A DNA stretch of 64,000 bases from Gemmatimonadota bacterium (lineage in GTDB: Bacteria > Gemmatimonadota > Gemmatimonadetes > Gemmatimonadales > GWC2-71-9): assembly GCA_036679645.1 (NCBI GenBank), contig JAZDCY010000026.1:8818-72817 (forward strand), read 5' to 3'. Of this stretch, positions 1 through 10,078 are shown one piece after another. Made by a program: the position numbers and the translations under genes. The notes below the pieces were generated by a model. It had not been told where the DNA came from and searched no databases. It saw nothing but the letters and a program-made list of their open reading frames with translations. Numbering within the stretch: position 1 is the stretch's first letter; each line of letters opens with the position of its first letter.

Positions 1-247
1 ACTCGTAGACCGGGACGATGTACGGATGGGGGAGGTTGGCTGCGAGACGGGCTTCCTGGGAGAACCGCCCGAGTTCCTGGGACTGCTCCTCAGCTGGAAC
101 GGGCAGCACCTTGATGGCAATGCGAGAGCCGAGCGCCCGGTGCCGTCCAAGGAAGACAGCCCCCATGCCACCCTGTCCAAACAGGGTTTCGACTTCGTAG
201 CGATCGCCGACCGCAGCGCGGACGCGGTCAATGGCTGGTGCGTCCAT
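1..247 (-). CDS. Hanks-type Ser/Thr protein kinase, N-terminal part (runs off the window edge)
   Basis: Hand translation from ATG 247: MDAPAIDRVRAAVGDRYEVETLFGQGGMGAVFLGRHRALGSRIAIKVL...FSQEARLAANLPHPYIVPVYE. Gly-rich loop, AIK lysine and helix-C Glu are present. Not in the ORF track. Confidence 0.9.
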   Translation of the reverse strand, partial: MDAPAIDRVRAAVGDRYEVETLFGQGGMGAVFLGRHRALGSRIAIKVLPVPAEEQSQELGRFSQEARLAANLPHPYIVPVYE

Positions 248-470
248 CCGCCTCACGCCTTCCTTGGAACAGCATCAAATGTACGGCCCGGGTCTCAGAC
301 CACTAGGGTAGGATCACATCGGGGGCCCGCGTCCATCGATGAAAGGGCGTGTACGGTGTCGCGGCCGGCCGCGGCTGCCTTGCTCGTCGCGAACGTGGTA
401 CGCGATCTCGTCTTCTAGGTGGAGATACCGGGGGTCGTTTACCTTGGCGCGGGCCGTTAGGCCCTAGGCC

Positions 471-497
471 CCCCCTCTCGTCGACGGCGAGAGGGGG
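471..497 (-). terminator. GC-rich hairpin directly after the small basic ORF
   Basis: CCCCCTCTCG (471-480) pairs with CGAGAGGGGG (488-497), next to the stop codon at 499-501. No clear U-tract. Confidence 0.55.
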
Positions 498-498
498 C

Positions 499-600
499 TT
501 ACTTCTTACGAAGCCGCTGTCCTTTGCGGCGCTTCCGCATCAGGCGGCGGCGCTTACTTCCCTGTTTGCGCCGTCCCCGGTGCTTCTTGGGGTATCCCAT
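499..600 (-). CDS. 33-aa Lys/Arg-rich small protein, possibly bS22/AURKAIP1-COX24-like ribosome-associated
   Basis: MGYPKKHRGRRKQGSKRRRLMRKRRKGQRLRKK*; GGA just upstream of ATG and a hairpin right after TAA. Confidence 0.6.
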   Translation of the reverse strand: MGYPKKHRGRRKQGSKRRRLMRKRRKGQRLRKK

Positions 601-693
601 GACATTCCGATCTCGCTGGTGAGTGAGTTGGTTGCCGGGTCGGAAGGTCGCTCTTTTCTCTGCAGAGGACAAGCGATGGATTCGCTCATCGAG

Positions 694-1347
694 CTACTCT
701 TCGGAGCGAGACGTGAATCCGATCTTCTTGTGGGTGCCGTCGCAAAACGGCTTGTTCTGCGACGCACCGCACCGGCAGATCGCACCCTTTGTTTTGGTGA
801 CCCGCGTGCCGTCCTCACCCACGATCTCCACGGCGCCCTCGAACAGCAGTGGGCCATTCAGGGCGACCGTGAACACGACGTCACCACGCGCCTCGTCGTC
901 GACCACCGTTCCCGGGTCTCCGATGGCTCCCGGGTCGGTGAACTTGCCAAAGTGGGCGTCGTCGCAGAGCGGTTTGTTGGCTGACAATCCGCACCGGCAA
1001 AACCCTATCCTATAGTCGCGGAGCAGGACGGTGCCGTCATGGTCGCGCACCTCGATCTTCCCCGTAGCGTACGCCGGCCCGTCCGGGCCGATACGAATCG
1101 TGTTCGTGCGGGGCTCCGGCTCGACGGATTGTCCGTTCCGCAGCAGCTTCAGTGCGCCTGTCGGGCACTGGTGCACGACTGAGGCAATATCGTCGGCCAA
1201 ACCCTGCGACGGGTCGATCCACGGGCGGCGGTCGCGGTCGAAGACCTTGCCATTGCCGCGGATGCACGCTTCCGCGTGAATGCAACGCCTGACATCAAAG
1301 GTCACTTCGAATCCGTCGCCCTCGTACGTCTTCACAGTGGCTCTCAT
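694..1347 (-). CDS. Divergent 4Fe-4S (YjdI-like) domain plus two CDGSH iron-sulfur domains
   Basis: CIHAEAC...RRPWIDP...CPTGAL; FCRCGLSANKPLCDDAH and ICRCGASQNKPFCDGTH; GAGGAG before ATG 1347. Confidence 0.88.
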   Translation of the reverse strand: MRATVKTYEGDGFEVTFDVRRCIHAEACIRGNGKVFDRDRRPWIDPSQGLADDIASVVHQCPTGALKLLRNGQSVEPEPRTNTIRIGPDGPAYATGKIEVRDHDGTVLLRDYRIGFCRCGLSANKPLCDDAHFGKFTDPGAIGDPGTVVDDEARGDVVFTVALNGPLLFEGAVEIVGEDGTRVTKTKGAICRCGASQNKPFCDGTHKKIGFTSRSEE

Positions 1348-1435
1348 CGCTCCTCGCAACGCCGGTGACCAAGCAAAATAAGGGAAATGGGGATCAGGGG
1401 TGAGGTAATCCCTAGCAGAGAGTAGTTTCTCTCCA

Positions 1436-3358
1436 ATGCTCTCGCTGATCCAGGAAGTCGCTCACGAAGCCGGGCGCGGACTCGACAGCCCCGCGCTGGC
1501 CTTCGCGCTCGCCATGGGAGCCGGTGTCATCGCGCAAACCGCCGCGCATCATCTTCGCTTGCCGGGCATTGTCCTCTTTCTCGCCATCGGCGTGCTGTTG
1601 GGTCCGGACGCCATGAACGTGGTCCGGCCCGACACTCTGGGAGCTGGCCTCAACACGCTGGTGGGCCTCGCGGTCGCTGTGATCCTGTTCGAGGGCGGCT
1701 TGAATCTCAACATCGAACGCCTTCGCCGGCAGGCAGTGACCATCCGACGCCTGGTCACCGTGGGCGCATTGATCACCGCGGTGGGCGGCACGCTCGCCGC
1801 CAAGGCGTTCATGGGCTGGCCGTGGCGCATCGCGATCATCTTCGGCACGCTTGTGATCGTGACGGGTCCCACCGTGGTGGCACCGCTGATCCGTCGGATT
1901 CGGGTCAAGCAGAGGCTGCAGACCATCCTCGAGGGCGAAGGGGTCCTGATCGACCCGATCGGCGCGATCATCGCGGTCGTGACACTCCAGGTGCTCCTTG
2001 CACAGACGGCGGAGTCCGCCGCCTTGAGCCTGCTCGGGATTCCGAGCCGGCTCCTGGTGGGCGCGTTGATCGGCGTCGGGGCGGGGTTCGCGTTGGGATT
2101 CCTGCTGCGCCACGAGCACATCGTGCCCGACGAGTTCAAGAACATGTTCACGCTCGCGCTCGTGCTGGCGTTCTACGCGATCAGCGAGGCGATCGTGCCC
2201 GAGAGCGGGATCATGATGGCGCCCGTGGCGGGGCTTGTGGTCGGCAACATGGACGTGCCAGTGCACGACGAATTGAAGGAGTTCAAGGAACAGCTCACTA
2301 CGATGTTCGTCGGCATGCTCTTCGTGCTGCTCGCCGCCGACGTGCGGCTGGCCGAGATCGCAGGCCTCGGCACGGGAGCCGTTTGGACGATCCTCTTGCT
2401 GATGTTCATCGTGCGTCCCGTCAACGTGGCTGTCAGCACACGCGGCTCCAACCTCTCCTTCAAGGAACGCGCGTTCGTCGCGTGGATCGGGCCGCGCGGC
2501 ATCGTGGCGGCGGCGGTCGCATCGCTCTTTGCGCAGCTCCTGGCCGAGGCAGGCGTGAGCGGCGGGCTGGAACTCCGTGCACTCGTCTTCCTCGTCATCT
2601 CTGTCACGGTCGTGCTGCAGGGGCTGTCCGGCGCACCGCTGGCGTCGGCGCTCGACCTCCGGCGTCCCATGAACAACGGATTTGCCATAGTAGGTGCGAA
2701 CGCGCTGGGCCGGCTCCTCGCGGGCGAGCTTGCCGCGGGCGGACACGAGATCGTCCTGATTGACACGAACGCGCAGGAAACGCGCGTGGCCCAGGAAGCC
2801 GGGTTCACCGTCATCTTCGGGAATGCGCATGAAGAACGGACGCTGTTGCGCGCCGATGTCGAAGGCCGTCGCGGGTTCATTGCCGCCACCGCAAACGAGG
2901 GCGCCAACTTGCTCATCGCAGAGCGCGCGCGGGATCAGTCGAGTACGGGGACGTACGTCGCGGTCGAGCGGGGCAAGGCAGGCGTTACCCCATCGCACGT
3001 AGTCCAGCGCGGGCACCGCATTCTCTTTGGGCACCCAATCGGTATCACGCGCTGGATTCGCGCGGCGGCGGGGGACGATGTCGCCGTCCGTCGGTGGCAG
3101 TTCGCAAGAGAATCGGACGACGCTGGCGCCGGGACGGCGCTGATCACCGGAAAGCGGCCCGCCGAGGCACAACTCCTCCCCCTCGTGCTCGCCCGCAAGA
3201 ACCGGCTCGCGCTCGTCGACGACCGCACGACGGTCGCGGAGGGAGATGTGGTTGCCTTCGTATTTCGGAAAGATCAGGTACGTGCCGTGACGGATCGGCT
3301 TACGAGTGAGGGATGGGTGGCGGTCGGCGACCCACCATCTGGATCACCGACCTCCTGA
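1436..3358 (+). CDS. CPA1-family cation:proton antiporter with C-terminal TrkA-N/RCK domain
   Basis: Many TM helices, ILFEGGL, TGPTVV, EGVLIDP, GPRGIVAA; Rossmann-like IVGANALG near the C-terminus. Confidence 0.9.
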   Translation: MLSLIQEVAHEAGRGLDSPALAFALAMGAGVIAQTAAHHLRLPGIVLFLAIGVLLGPDAMNVVRPDTLGAGLNTLVGLAVAVILFEGGLNLNIERLRRQAVTIRRLVTVGALITAVGGTLAAKAFMGWPWRIAIIFGTLVIVTGPTVVAPLIRRIRVKQRLQTILEGEGVLIDPIGAIIAVVTLQVLLAQTAESAALSLLGIPSRLLVGALIGVGAGFALGFLLRHEHIVPDEFKNMFTLALVLAFYAISEAIVPESGIMMAPVAGLVVGNMDVPVHDELKEFKEQLTTMFVGMLFVLLAADVRLAEIAGLGTGAVWTILLLMFIVRPVNVAVSTRGSNLSFKERAFVAWIGPRGIVAAAVASLFAQLLAEAGVSGGLELRALVFLVISVTVVLQGLSGAPLASALDLRRPMNNGFAIVGANALGRLLAGELAAGGHEIVLIDTNAQETRVAQEAGFTVIFGNAHEERTLLRADVEGRRGFIAATANEGANLLIAERARDQSSTGTYVAVERGKAGVTPSHVVQRGHRILFGHPIGITRWIRAAAGDDVAVRRWQFARESDDAGAGTALITGKRPAEAQLLPLVLARKNRLALVDDRTTVAEGDVVAFVFRKDQVRAVTDRLTSEGWVAVGDPPSGSPTS

Positions 3359-3455
3359 GCGAATGGCCGGGGATCTCTTGCCTGATACAGTGCCCGGTCC
3401 CATATGAGAGACAAGCGCCACGCCTCAAAGTGTTAGGAATCCGGGGGACGCAACG

Positions 3456-5015
3456 ATGCCCGACGCAACCACGCAGCTTTCCGCCGATCGGCGTCCACCC
3501 GTCGCGTGGATGATTGTCGGAGGGCTCCTGGCCGTCAAGCTAGGCCTGCATCTGGCCACCAACGCCCTGGGTCCCTACGAGTTCCACCGCGACGAATTCC
3601 TCTATATGGCGATGGGCGAGCACCTTCATCTCTTCACGATGGATTTTCCGCCGTTCATCGCGATGCTCTCGGAGACCACGCGAGGGCTGCTGGGTGACTC
3701 GGTATTTGCCCTCCGGCTTCCACCCGCCCTGCTCAGCACGGCGCTGCTCCTGATCGCGGCCCTCACGGCGCGCGAACTGGGAGGCGGTCGTTTCGCGCAG
3801 GGGTTGGCCGGATTGTGTGTGCTTGGCAGCGGCCTCTATCTCCGGACGGGTGGGCTCTTCATGCCGGTGGTGATCGATCAACTCTGGTGGACGTTGGGGC
3901 TCTTCTCGTTGGTTAAGCTCGCAAAGACCGAAGATCCGCGCTGGTGGCTGTGGTTCGGTGTGGCCTGTGGGTTCGGCCTGCTTTCGAAATTCAGCATGCT
4001 CGTGTTCGGGTTCGCGGTGTTCGTGGCGCTCCTCGTGACGCCGGCCCGCCAACACCTCCGCACGCGCTGGCCCTGGCTCGGCGCCCTCACGGCATTCGTG
4101 ATCGGCGGCCCGTCGTTCATCGGCCAGATGCGTTTGGGGTGGCCGGTGGTCGACTACATGGGGGACCTCAGAAGCGCGCAACTCGCCCGCGTATCACCGG
4201 TCGAGTTTCTCCTGGACCAGCCGCTCATGGGACTGGGCTTCTTCGTGGCGGTGGTCGGCATGGCGGCGCTCTCCTTCTCGCCGAAATGGAAACCCTACCG
4301 ACTCGTCGGCTGGTCGGCTCTCATGGCGCTCATCACACTGATGGTCCTGAAGGGCAAGAGTTACTACATCGGACCGATCTACCCCGTGCTGTACGGGGCG
4401 GGCGCCGTCGTACTCGAGCGGTTCCGTCTGCCGCGTTGGGGCGCCATCGCGCGGCGGGTAGCGGTCGGGTCCGTCGCCGCCCAAGGACTGATCTCGCTCC
4501 CAATCGGTCTTCCCATCCTCGAACCCACAACGATGGAAGCGTACCTCGTAGCGATTGGGATGCAGGAGCTGCTCGCGGAGACGAACGTGGGCGCGCAGGA
4601 GCGGATACCGCAGGATTTTGCCGACATGTTGAATTGGAGGGAACAGGTCGAGGAGGTCGCACGCGTCTACGAGGCGCTACCGCCAGCGGACCGTGCCCGC
4701 GCCGTGATACTCGCGTCCAATTACGGTGAGGCAGGAGCCATCGACTTCTACGGTTCTCGCTACGACCTCCCACCGGCCCGCGCCTTCGTGGGCACGTACT
4801 GGCACTACGGACCCGGCGATCTCCCGGGAGACGTGTTGATCCTCCACGGGTTTGGCACGGACGACTTTGCCAACTTCTGCGACTCCCACACCGCGGCTGG
4901 CTCCGTGGGCCACGAGTTCGCTGTAGCCGGGGAGCGCAACGTCACGATCTTCATCTGTCGGGGGCCGTTCCGATCGTTGCAGGCTCAATGGCCGCTCTGG
5001 CAGGGCGAGCAGTGA
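3456..5015 (+). CDS. GT-C membrane glycosyltransferase (GT39/PMT_2/ArnT-like)
   Basis: FHRDEFLY, D-x-PP, multiple TM helices, GLLSK, GKSYY, NYGEAGA. Confidence 0.82.
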   Translation: MPDATTQLSADRRPPVAWMIVGGLLAVKLGLHLATNALGPYEFHRDEFLYMAMGEHLHLFTMDFPPFIAMLSETTRGLLGDSVFALRLPPALLSTALLLIAALTARELGGGRFAQGLAGLCVLGSGLYLRTGGLFMPVVIDQLWWTLGLFSLVKLAKTEDPRWWLWFGVACGFGLLSKFSMLVFGFAVFVALLVTPARQHLRTRWPWLGALTAFVIGGPSFIGQMRLGWPVVDYMGDLRSAQLARVSPVEFLLDQPLMGLGFFVAVVGMAALSFSPKWKPYRLVGWSALMALITLMVLKGKSYYIGPIYPVLYGAGAVVLERFRLPRWGAIARRVAVGSVAAQGLISLPIGLPILEPTTMEAYLVAIGMQELLAETNVGAQERIPQDFADMLNWREQVEEVARVYEALPPADRARAVILASNYGEAGAIDFYGSRYDLPPARAFVGTYWHYGPGDLPGDVLILHGFGTDDFANFCDSHTAAGSVGHEFAVAGERNVTIFICRGPFRSLQAQWPLWQGEQ

Positions 5016-5028
5016 TACCTGGATGGGA

Positions 5029-6939
5029 TCAGTCGGGGAGCGGGTCCGTTCTGGTCAGGTACCGCCGCACGTCACCCACATCGACGAACCCATTCCGGTT
5101 GCCGTCGTTGTCCAGCACCGCTCGTTGCGCGGCGGTGAGTTGGCCCGGTAGATCGTCGAACAACGCCATCAGCAACTCCGCCGTGGGGATCACTAGCGGG
5201 AACACGGTGAGGGGGATGATCGTCACCCCCGCGACGCCGCGCGCGTCCGCGACACGCACCTCCACATCGAACGGTCCCGTAGCAGCCGGCGCACCTTCGA
5301 ACGTCAGCAAATCGGCGGTGACCGACACAGTGACCCCATCGGGCGCCGTACCGGGGGCGATCGTCGCCCCATAAGGTTGCGCTCCCCCGCTCACGGGGAA
5401 CTCCACGCGGAGCGGAACAAGCGCCTCGGCGGGTCCCACTACGCCCGTGACGACGACGACTGGCGTATCGACCGTGGAAATGACCAGTCGCGCCACACCG
5501 CCAGACACCTCTATGGAATGGATCGTTACCGTCGACGGCTCACCGTCGGCGAGCCGCGTAGAAGGCGTGGTCACGTTGCTCAGCACAACCGTAGTGCCGT
5601 CCGTCACGAACATGTCGCTTGCTTCACCGCGGTTACCACCTTCTCCGTGCGTGCGCACGAGCGTGCTGTCGCCATCCGCCTCGAGCACACTGATCAGATA
5701 GCGCGGCGGGCCCGCAGGGTCAGGACGGAGCGCGCCCGCGCGATTGTACCGGTAGATCACGATACCGGATGCCGGCAACTCACCGTCGAACCCGAACTGG
5801 GGCCGGTACTCGATCAGCAGCGACTCCACGCTGTCTCGATCGAGCGGCACCTCGAGCACTTGGAGAGATGTCTGTACGGGCTCGAGCACGAACTCCTGCA
5901 ATACCACGTCGCCCACGATCCGCCGGTCGATCCACCCGAGTTGATCGCGTGACCACGCGGAGAAGTGTGTAGGGCCAAAGCTCGGGAACTGATCGGCGGG
6001 CCCGCAACCCCACGCCCCACCGGCCATCAACCCAAAGCAACCGACCACCCAACGCCGGTTGACCGACAGAATGGCACTAATGCCGCTTCCGATGGGGTGG
6101 TAGAGATCAGGGAGTCGCAGCTCATGTCCCAACTCGTGGGCAACGATACCTACAGTTCGCAACGGGGAGCCGTCACACTCGGACGCGCTGATGATGACGT
6201 ACCCGTCGACGACAATCGGTGAGCCGGCCGCGCCGCTATCGTTGGACGCCCACGGCTGTCCCCCGTTGTATCCCGAAACACCGGATTTGTGCGGCCAGAC
6301 GCCTGGTCCACCACACGAGCGCGCCGCTTCCCTGAAAAGGAACGTGACGGCATCTACAACGCCGTTGTCGTCGCCACTGTTCGGCACTCCGTCGGGGCCG
6401 TCGTTGTCGAACTGTGCGAAGTCGAGTGCCTGGTCGGCGGCGGCGAGCGCCTCGAGCAGGTATGCCCCGAACCCTGAGCCAACACCGAACACCGAGCTGG
6501 GCCCGCCCGTGGCGGAATCGGTCGATACCGACGTTCGTGACCACGGCGCGGCCGCCCCCGCGGCCTGGAGCACGCCGCCCGACGCTTCGGCAAAGAACTC
6601 CCGCAACGTGCCGGTTGGCGACGGGCCATCGAAGAACAACTGCTGCAGGAAACCGGGCGCCGACTGTGGTTCGTCCGAGTCGGAGAAGAGCGCCGGGATC
6701 AACAGCACTGTCAGGGTACCGGTCACGGCGGTCCGCGTCGTGATTGCGCTCTCGGCGCGCGACGCCCAGCCGGCATCGGAGAAACCAACCGACGCTGCGC
6801 GCACCGCCGCGACGGGGAATCCCGCGCGTGCGCGCAACGTGTCGAGATCTTCCACGTGCTGCGCCGGCAGCGGCCGTTGCGGGAAAGTCAGCGCCAGCAG
6901 CCCGGCGATCACGCTACGGAGGATGGCACGGCCTATCAT
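5029..6939 (-). CDS. Secreted M6 (immune inhibitor A-like) metalloprotease with Ig-like and dockerin-like tail
   Basis: Signal peptide, DNDGPDGVPNSGDDNGVVD, HELGHELRLPDLY, GLMAGG Met-turn, C-terminal DNDGNRNGFVDVGD. Confidence 0.88.
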   Translation of the reverse strand: MIGRAILRSVIAGLLALTFPQRPLPAQHVEDLDTLRARAGFPVAAVRAASVGFSDAGWASRAESAITTRTAVTGTLTVLLIPALFSDSDEPQSAPGFLQQLFFDGPSPTGTLREFFAEASGGVLQAAGAAAPWSRTSVSTDSATGGPSSVFGVGSGFGAYLLEALAAADQALDFAQFDNDGPDGVPNSGDDNGVVDAVTFLFREAARSCGGPGVWPHKSGVSGYNGGQPWASNDSGAAGSPIVVDGYVIISASECDGSPLRTVGIVAHELGHELRLPDLYHPIGSGISAILSVNRRWVVGCFGLMAGGAWGCGPADQFPSFGPTHFSAWSRDQLGWIDRRIVGDVVLQEFVLEPVQTSLQVLEVPLDRDSVESLLIEYRPQFGFDGELPASGIVIYRYNRAGALRPDPAGPPRYLISVLEADGDSTLVRTHGEGGNRGEASDMFVTDGTTVVLSNVTTPSTRLADGEPSTVTIHSIEVSGGVARLVISTVDTPVVVVTGVVGPAEALVPLRVEFPVSGGAQPYGATIAPGTAPDGVTVSVTADLLTFEGAPAATGPFDVEVRVADARGVAGVTIIPLTVFPLVIPTAELLMALFDDLPGQLTAAQRAVLDNDGNRNGFVDVGDVRRYLTRTDPLPD

Positions 6940-7370
6940 TGCCGCATCTCCAGCTCATACCCATCGAGCGAGCGCAGGTGGTCGCCGCCGCCGGCAACCT
7001 GGAGCAGGCGGGCTGCCGGTGTTCCGCTCGACGAGATCAGGGAGAAGGACAGTTCTCCGGGTGAGCGCAACGCAACGAACACCCAAGTGGTGTCCGCCGA
7101 CGTTCTGGCCAGCGTCCACCCCGACTTGGGGCCGGTCACCGTCGCTGCGTCGATGCGCCCGACGACCTCGACCAGCGCCGCGCCTTCTGGCCCGTTGGGC
7201 GAGACGACGCGGAGTACAATCCCGTTCTGGGGGCCCGGACCATCGTCGCATGCGCCCACGGCCGGCACCAGCGCAACCAGCACCGCGACGCATACCCAGC
7301 GGCGCCGCCGGATCGGGTCCTCGCTAGCGGATGCGCCCGCGCGTATGGGGCCCAATAATGAACATCTCAT
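6936..7370 (-). CDS. Putative lipoprotein coupled to the M6 protease (start uncertain)
   Basis: RRRRWVCVAVLVALVPAVGA-C lipobox-like; stop overlaps the protease ATG (ATGA). Confidence 0.6.
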   Translation of the reverse strand: MRCSLLGPIRAGASASEDPIRRRRWVCVAVLVALVPAVGACDDGPGPQNGIVLRVVSPNGPEGAALVEVVGRIDAATVTGPKSGWTLARTSADTTWVFVALRSPGELSFSLISSSGTPAARLLQVAGGGDHLRSLDGYELEMRQ

Positions 7371-7470
7371 CTTGGTCTTCGTGACATCGTTCGGCAAACC
7401 ACGCAAGGAAATTGAGATCGGCGGCGAACGGAGACGCCAGAACGAGTCCTAGCACGATTCGTCGTAACAT
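7324..7470 (-). CDS. 48-aa ORF with signal-peptide-like start; possibly a truncated gene
   Basis: GGAGGGAG SD then MLRRIVLGLVLASPFAADLNFLAWFAERCHEDQDEMFIIGPHTRGRIR*. Confidence 0.35.
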   Translation of the reverse strand: MLRRIVLGLVLASPFAADLNFLAWFAERCHEDQDEMFIIGPHTRGRIR

Positions 7471-7509
7471 GCTCCCTCCAGGTCACTGGTGTTTCGAACA
7501 CGAAGGGTT

Positions 7510-9933
7510 TCACCGCACTACCGCCGGCCGCCGCACCCGGTTCCAGATTCCCGCCGTGAGCTGGTCCAGCCGGCTGGCCTGGGCGCGCACGTCGCGCAGC
7601 TTGTCAAACATCTCGGATTCCAAGATCCGTCGTTCGATCCCTAACGGCGAGCGCTCGAAGGCGTACTCGATCCACTCGAAGGCGCGGGTGGCGTCGCCAA
7701 TCCACGCATAGAACGACGCGAGGCCGTCGGCACGAAGCACGTCCGTATACACTGTATCCCCTAACAGCCCCGACCGCACGGCATTGGCAATCGAGTCGAC
7801 GATGCGCCGCGCCGAGTCGGTCGCTCCGGCCGCATATAGACAGGCAGCATGGATCGCGGCGTGAGGACCGAACGAAAGCGATAGGCACTCGTCAGCCCTA
7901 CCGCTCATGAGCAAAGCCCGTCCCTCGAGCGCTCGCGACTCCACCAGCTGGGGCTCGAGGTTCGTGGCGTGGCGCGCTTCGTCCACGGCGAGGTCGAACT
8001 GCCCGAGCCCGAAAGCCCCGTACGCCAACGCCAGATGTGGTGCGGGCTCGAACGGGCGTAGCTCGACGCCCATGCGCATCGCCTGCAGTGCCTCGTCGGC
8101 TTTTCCCTGCTGCGCCAGGACCGCGCCCGACCAGACAAGTCCCTGCCCTTCGCTCGGGGAGAGCTCGAGCGCACGCGCATAGTCGGCAGCAGATTCGTCG
8201 GTCGGACCATAGGTGCGGCTGATCACGTAGCCGCGCGCCGCAAACCCGTCCGCGTACAGGGGATCGAGCTCAATTGCACGGTTGGCGGCAGCGAGCGCCC
8301 GGCCGGCCACCTCATACTCGGGCACGCCAACATCATATCGGTAGAACAGCGCAAGCGAGTAGGAGGTGGAAAGTCCCGTATAGGCTCGCGCGTAGGTCGA
8401 GTCGAGACCGATGGCCTCACGATAGTAGAACAGCGCCCGGCGGATGCCTTCCGGCGTGCGGCGACCCCACCACGTCCTCCCCAAGCGGTAGGCCTCGTAT
8501 GCGGGTCCCTCAACGGCCGCGGCCTGCCGTGGCTCCGCATCGAGACCTGTCCCCACCGTCACCAACTCGACGAGCCGCCGCACCAGGCGAGCCTCGAGCC
8601 CGTTGCCGGCTGCGAGGTCGATACGCCATGTTTGAGAGTTCAGCCAGACATCGCGTACACCGTCGATCAGCTCCGCGTCGAGACGCACGCTCCCTTCCAC
8701 CTCACGCAATTGCGCAGCGACGATCAACCGTACACGCAACGAGTCAGCGATCTGCCCCGGACTCAGCTGCAACGACCCCAGCCGGCGCACCGAGATGTAG
8801 GAGGGAGTCTTCAATCCAGGGACATCGTGGAGTCGGTCGATGACCCCGTAGGTAATCGCATCGGCAAGGCCATCAAGCTCGGCCCGCCCCGTCAGGTTCT
8901 CGATGGGCATCACCGCCAGCGAGTCCCCGTAGGGAGCGGGGAGCACCACAAGGGGAAATGCGATCGCGCGCGATCGCATGTTGAGCGCGATGACCGCGAG
9001 CAGGACGACCGCGCTCACGCCGAGCAACACGAGTAGCGAGAACCGTCGTCTCGCGCCCTCACCCGTCGCGCGAATGTCGTACCCGGAACTGAGGCGCCCA
9101 CGGAGTTGGTCCAACGCGTGCGCAAACTCGCCGGCGGAGGCAAAGCGTTTCTCGCGGTCCTTTGCAAGCGCGGGCATGAGGACAGCATCGACTTCCAACG
9201 GAATTGATGGCTCCACCTCGCGTGCGCTTCGTGGCTCCTCTGATATCTGCCTGGCGAGTACCCGATCGGCCGGGCCTTTGCCGAAGGGGGGTCGGCCTGT
9301 CAGCATCTCGTACAGCAAACACCCAACGCCGTAGATGTCGGAACGCGCATCGATATCCGCGGCCCCGGCCGCCTGCTCCGGGCTCATGTACGCCGGCGTG
9401 CCGACCGTGAGGCCTGACTGCGTAATGGTCTCGCTCCCAGCCGCCCGAATGGCCCTGGCGACGCCAAAATCGGAGACCAACGCGAAGCTCTCGAGCAGCA
9501 AGATGTTCTCGGGCTTGATGTCGCGGTGCACGATGTTGCGATTGTGCGCATACGCCAGTGCCAGCGCAATGTGGTGCGCTATGCGTAACGCCGTACTCGG
9601 GGACAGGGACTTGGTCTGTCGCAGGAGATCTGCGAGCGTCTCGCCCTCGACATACGGCATGACGAAATACAGAAGACCGTCGGCCTCGCCGGCGGCGTAG
9701 ATCGGCACGATGTGGGGATGCGTGAGGTTGGAGACGAAGTCTATCTCGCGCAGGAATCGCTCCCGCCCGATGCGAACGGTGAGCTCCGGATGGAGTACCT
9801 TGATCGCGACCAGCCGGTTGGGATGGCGCTCGCGCGCCAGGTACACAGTGGACATGCCACCGCGCCCAATCTCCCGCTCCATCGTATAGCGCTCCGGGAG
9901 CGCCGCCTGAATCCGCTCGATTAGACTGGTCAT
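7510..9933 (-). CDS. Membrane Ser/Thr kinase with TolB-N-like and TPR sensor region
   Basis: GRGGMS, VAIK, HRDIKPEN, DFG, YMSPEQ; one TM; LAVMPIENLTG; TPR-like repeats. Confidence 0.93.
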   Translation of the reverse strand: MTSLIERIQAALPERYTMEREIGRGGMSTVYLARERHPNRLVAIKVLHPELTVRIGRERFLREIDFVSNLTHPHIVPIYAAGEADGLLYFVMPYVEGETLADLLRQTKSLSPSTALRIAHHIALALAYAHNRNIVHRDIKPENILLLESFALVSDFGVARAIRAAGSETITQSGLTVGTPAYMSPEQAAGAADIDARSDIYGVGCLLYEMLTGRPPFGKGPADRVLARQISEEPRSAREVEPSIPLEVDAVLMPALAKDREKRFASAGEFAHALDQLRGRLSSGYDIRATGEGARRRFSLLVLLGVSAVVLLAVIALNMRSRAIAFPLVVLPAPYGDSLAVMPIENLTGRAELDGLADAITYGVIDRLHDVPGLKTPSYISVRRLGSLQLSPGQIADSLRVRLIVAAQLREVEGSVRLDAELIDGVRDVWLNSQTWRIDLAAGNGLEARLVRRLVELVTVGTGLDAEPRQAAAVEGPAYEAYRLGRTWWGRRTPEGIRRALFYYREAIGLDSTYARAYTGLSTSYSLALFYRYDVGVPEYEVAGRALAAANRAIELDPLYADGFAARGYVISRTYGPTDESAADYARALELSPSEGQGLVWSGAVLAQQGKADEALQAMRMGVELRPFEPAPHLALAYGAFGLGQFDLAVDEARHATNLEPQLVESRALEGRALLMSGRADECLSLSFGPHAAIHAACLYAAGATDSARRIVDSIANAVRSGLLGDTVYTDVLRADGLASFYAWIGDATRAFEWIEYAFERSPLGIERRILESEMFDKLRDVRAQASRLDQLTAGIWNRVRRPAVVR

Positions 9934-10078
9934 CTCGTTCGCAAGTATGGACTTCGGTGCAGCGGGCCACAAGGAAACCGCTACCCGTCAGCCAACCGTG
10001 GTGTGCGGCGGTCAAGAACCGGTCAATTCGCGTCGCTGACCCGCGCGCCCGTGGCGGGCCGGCGATAGGTTTGGAGCC

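Noticed and set aside
315..465. Protein-like minus-strand frame (PRYLHLEDEIAYHVRDE)
   Set aside because: No start codon, SD or recognisable family.
1412..3172. Long antisense ORFs (also 19341..20735, 35053..36714, 55680..57110 and many others)
   Set aside because: Shadows of real genes in high-GC DNA; no motifs of their own.
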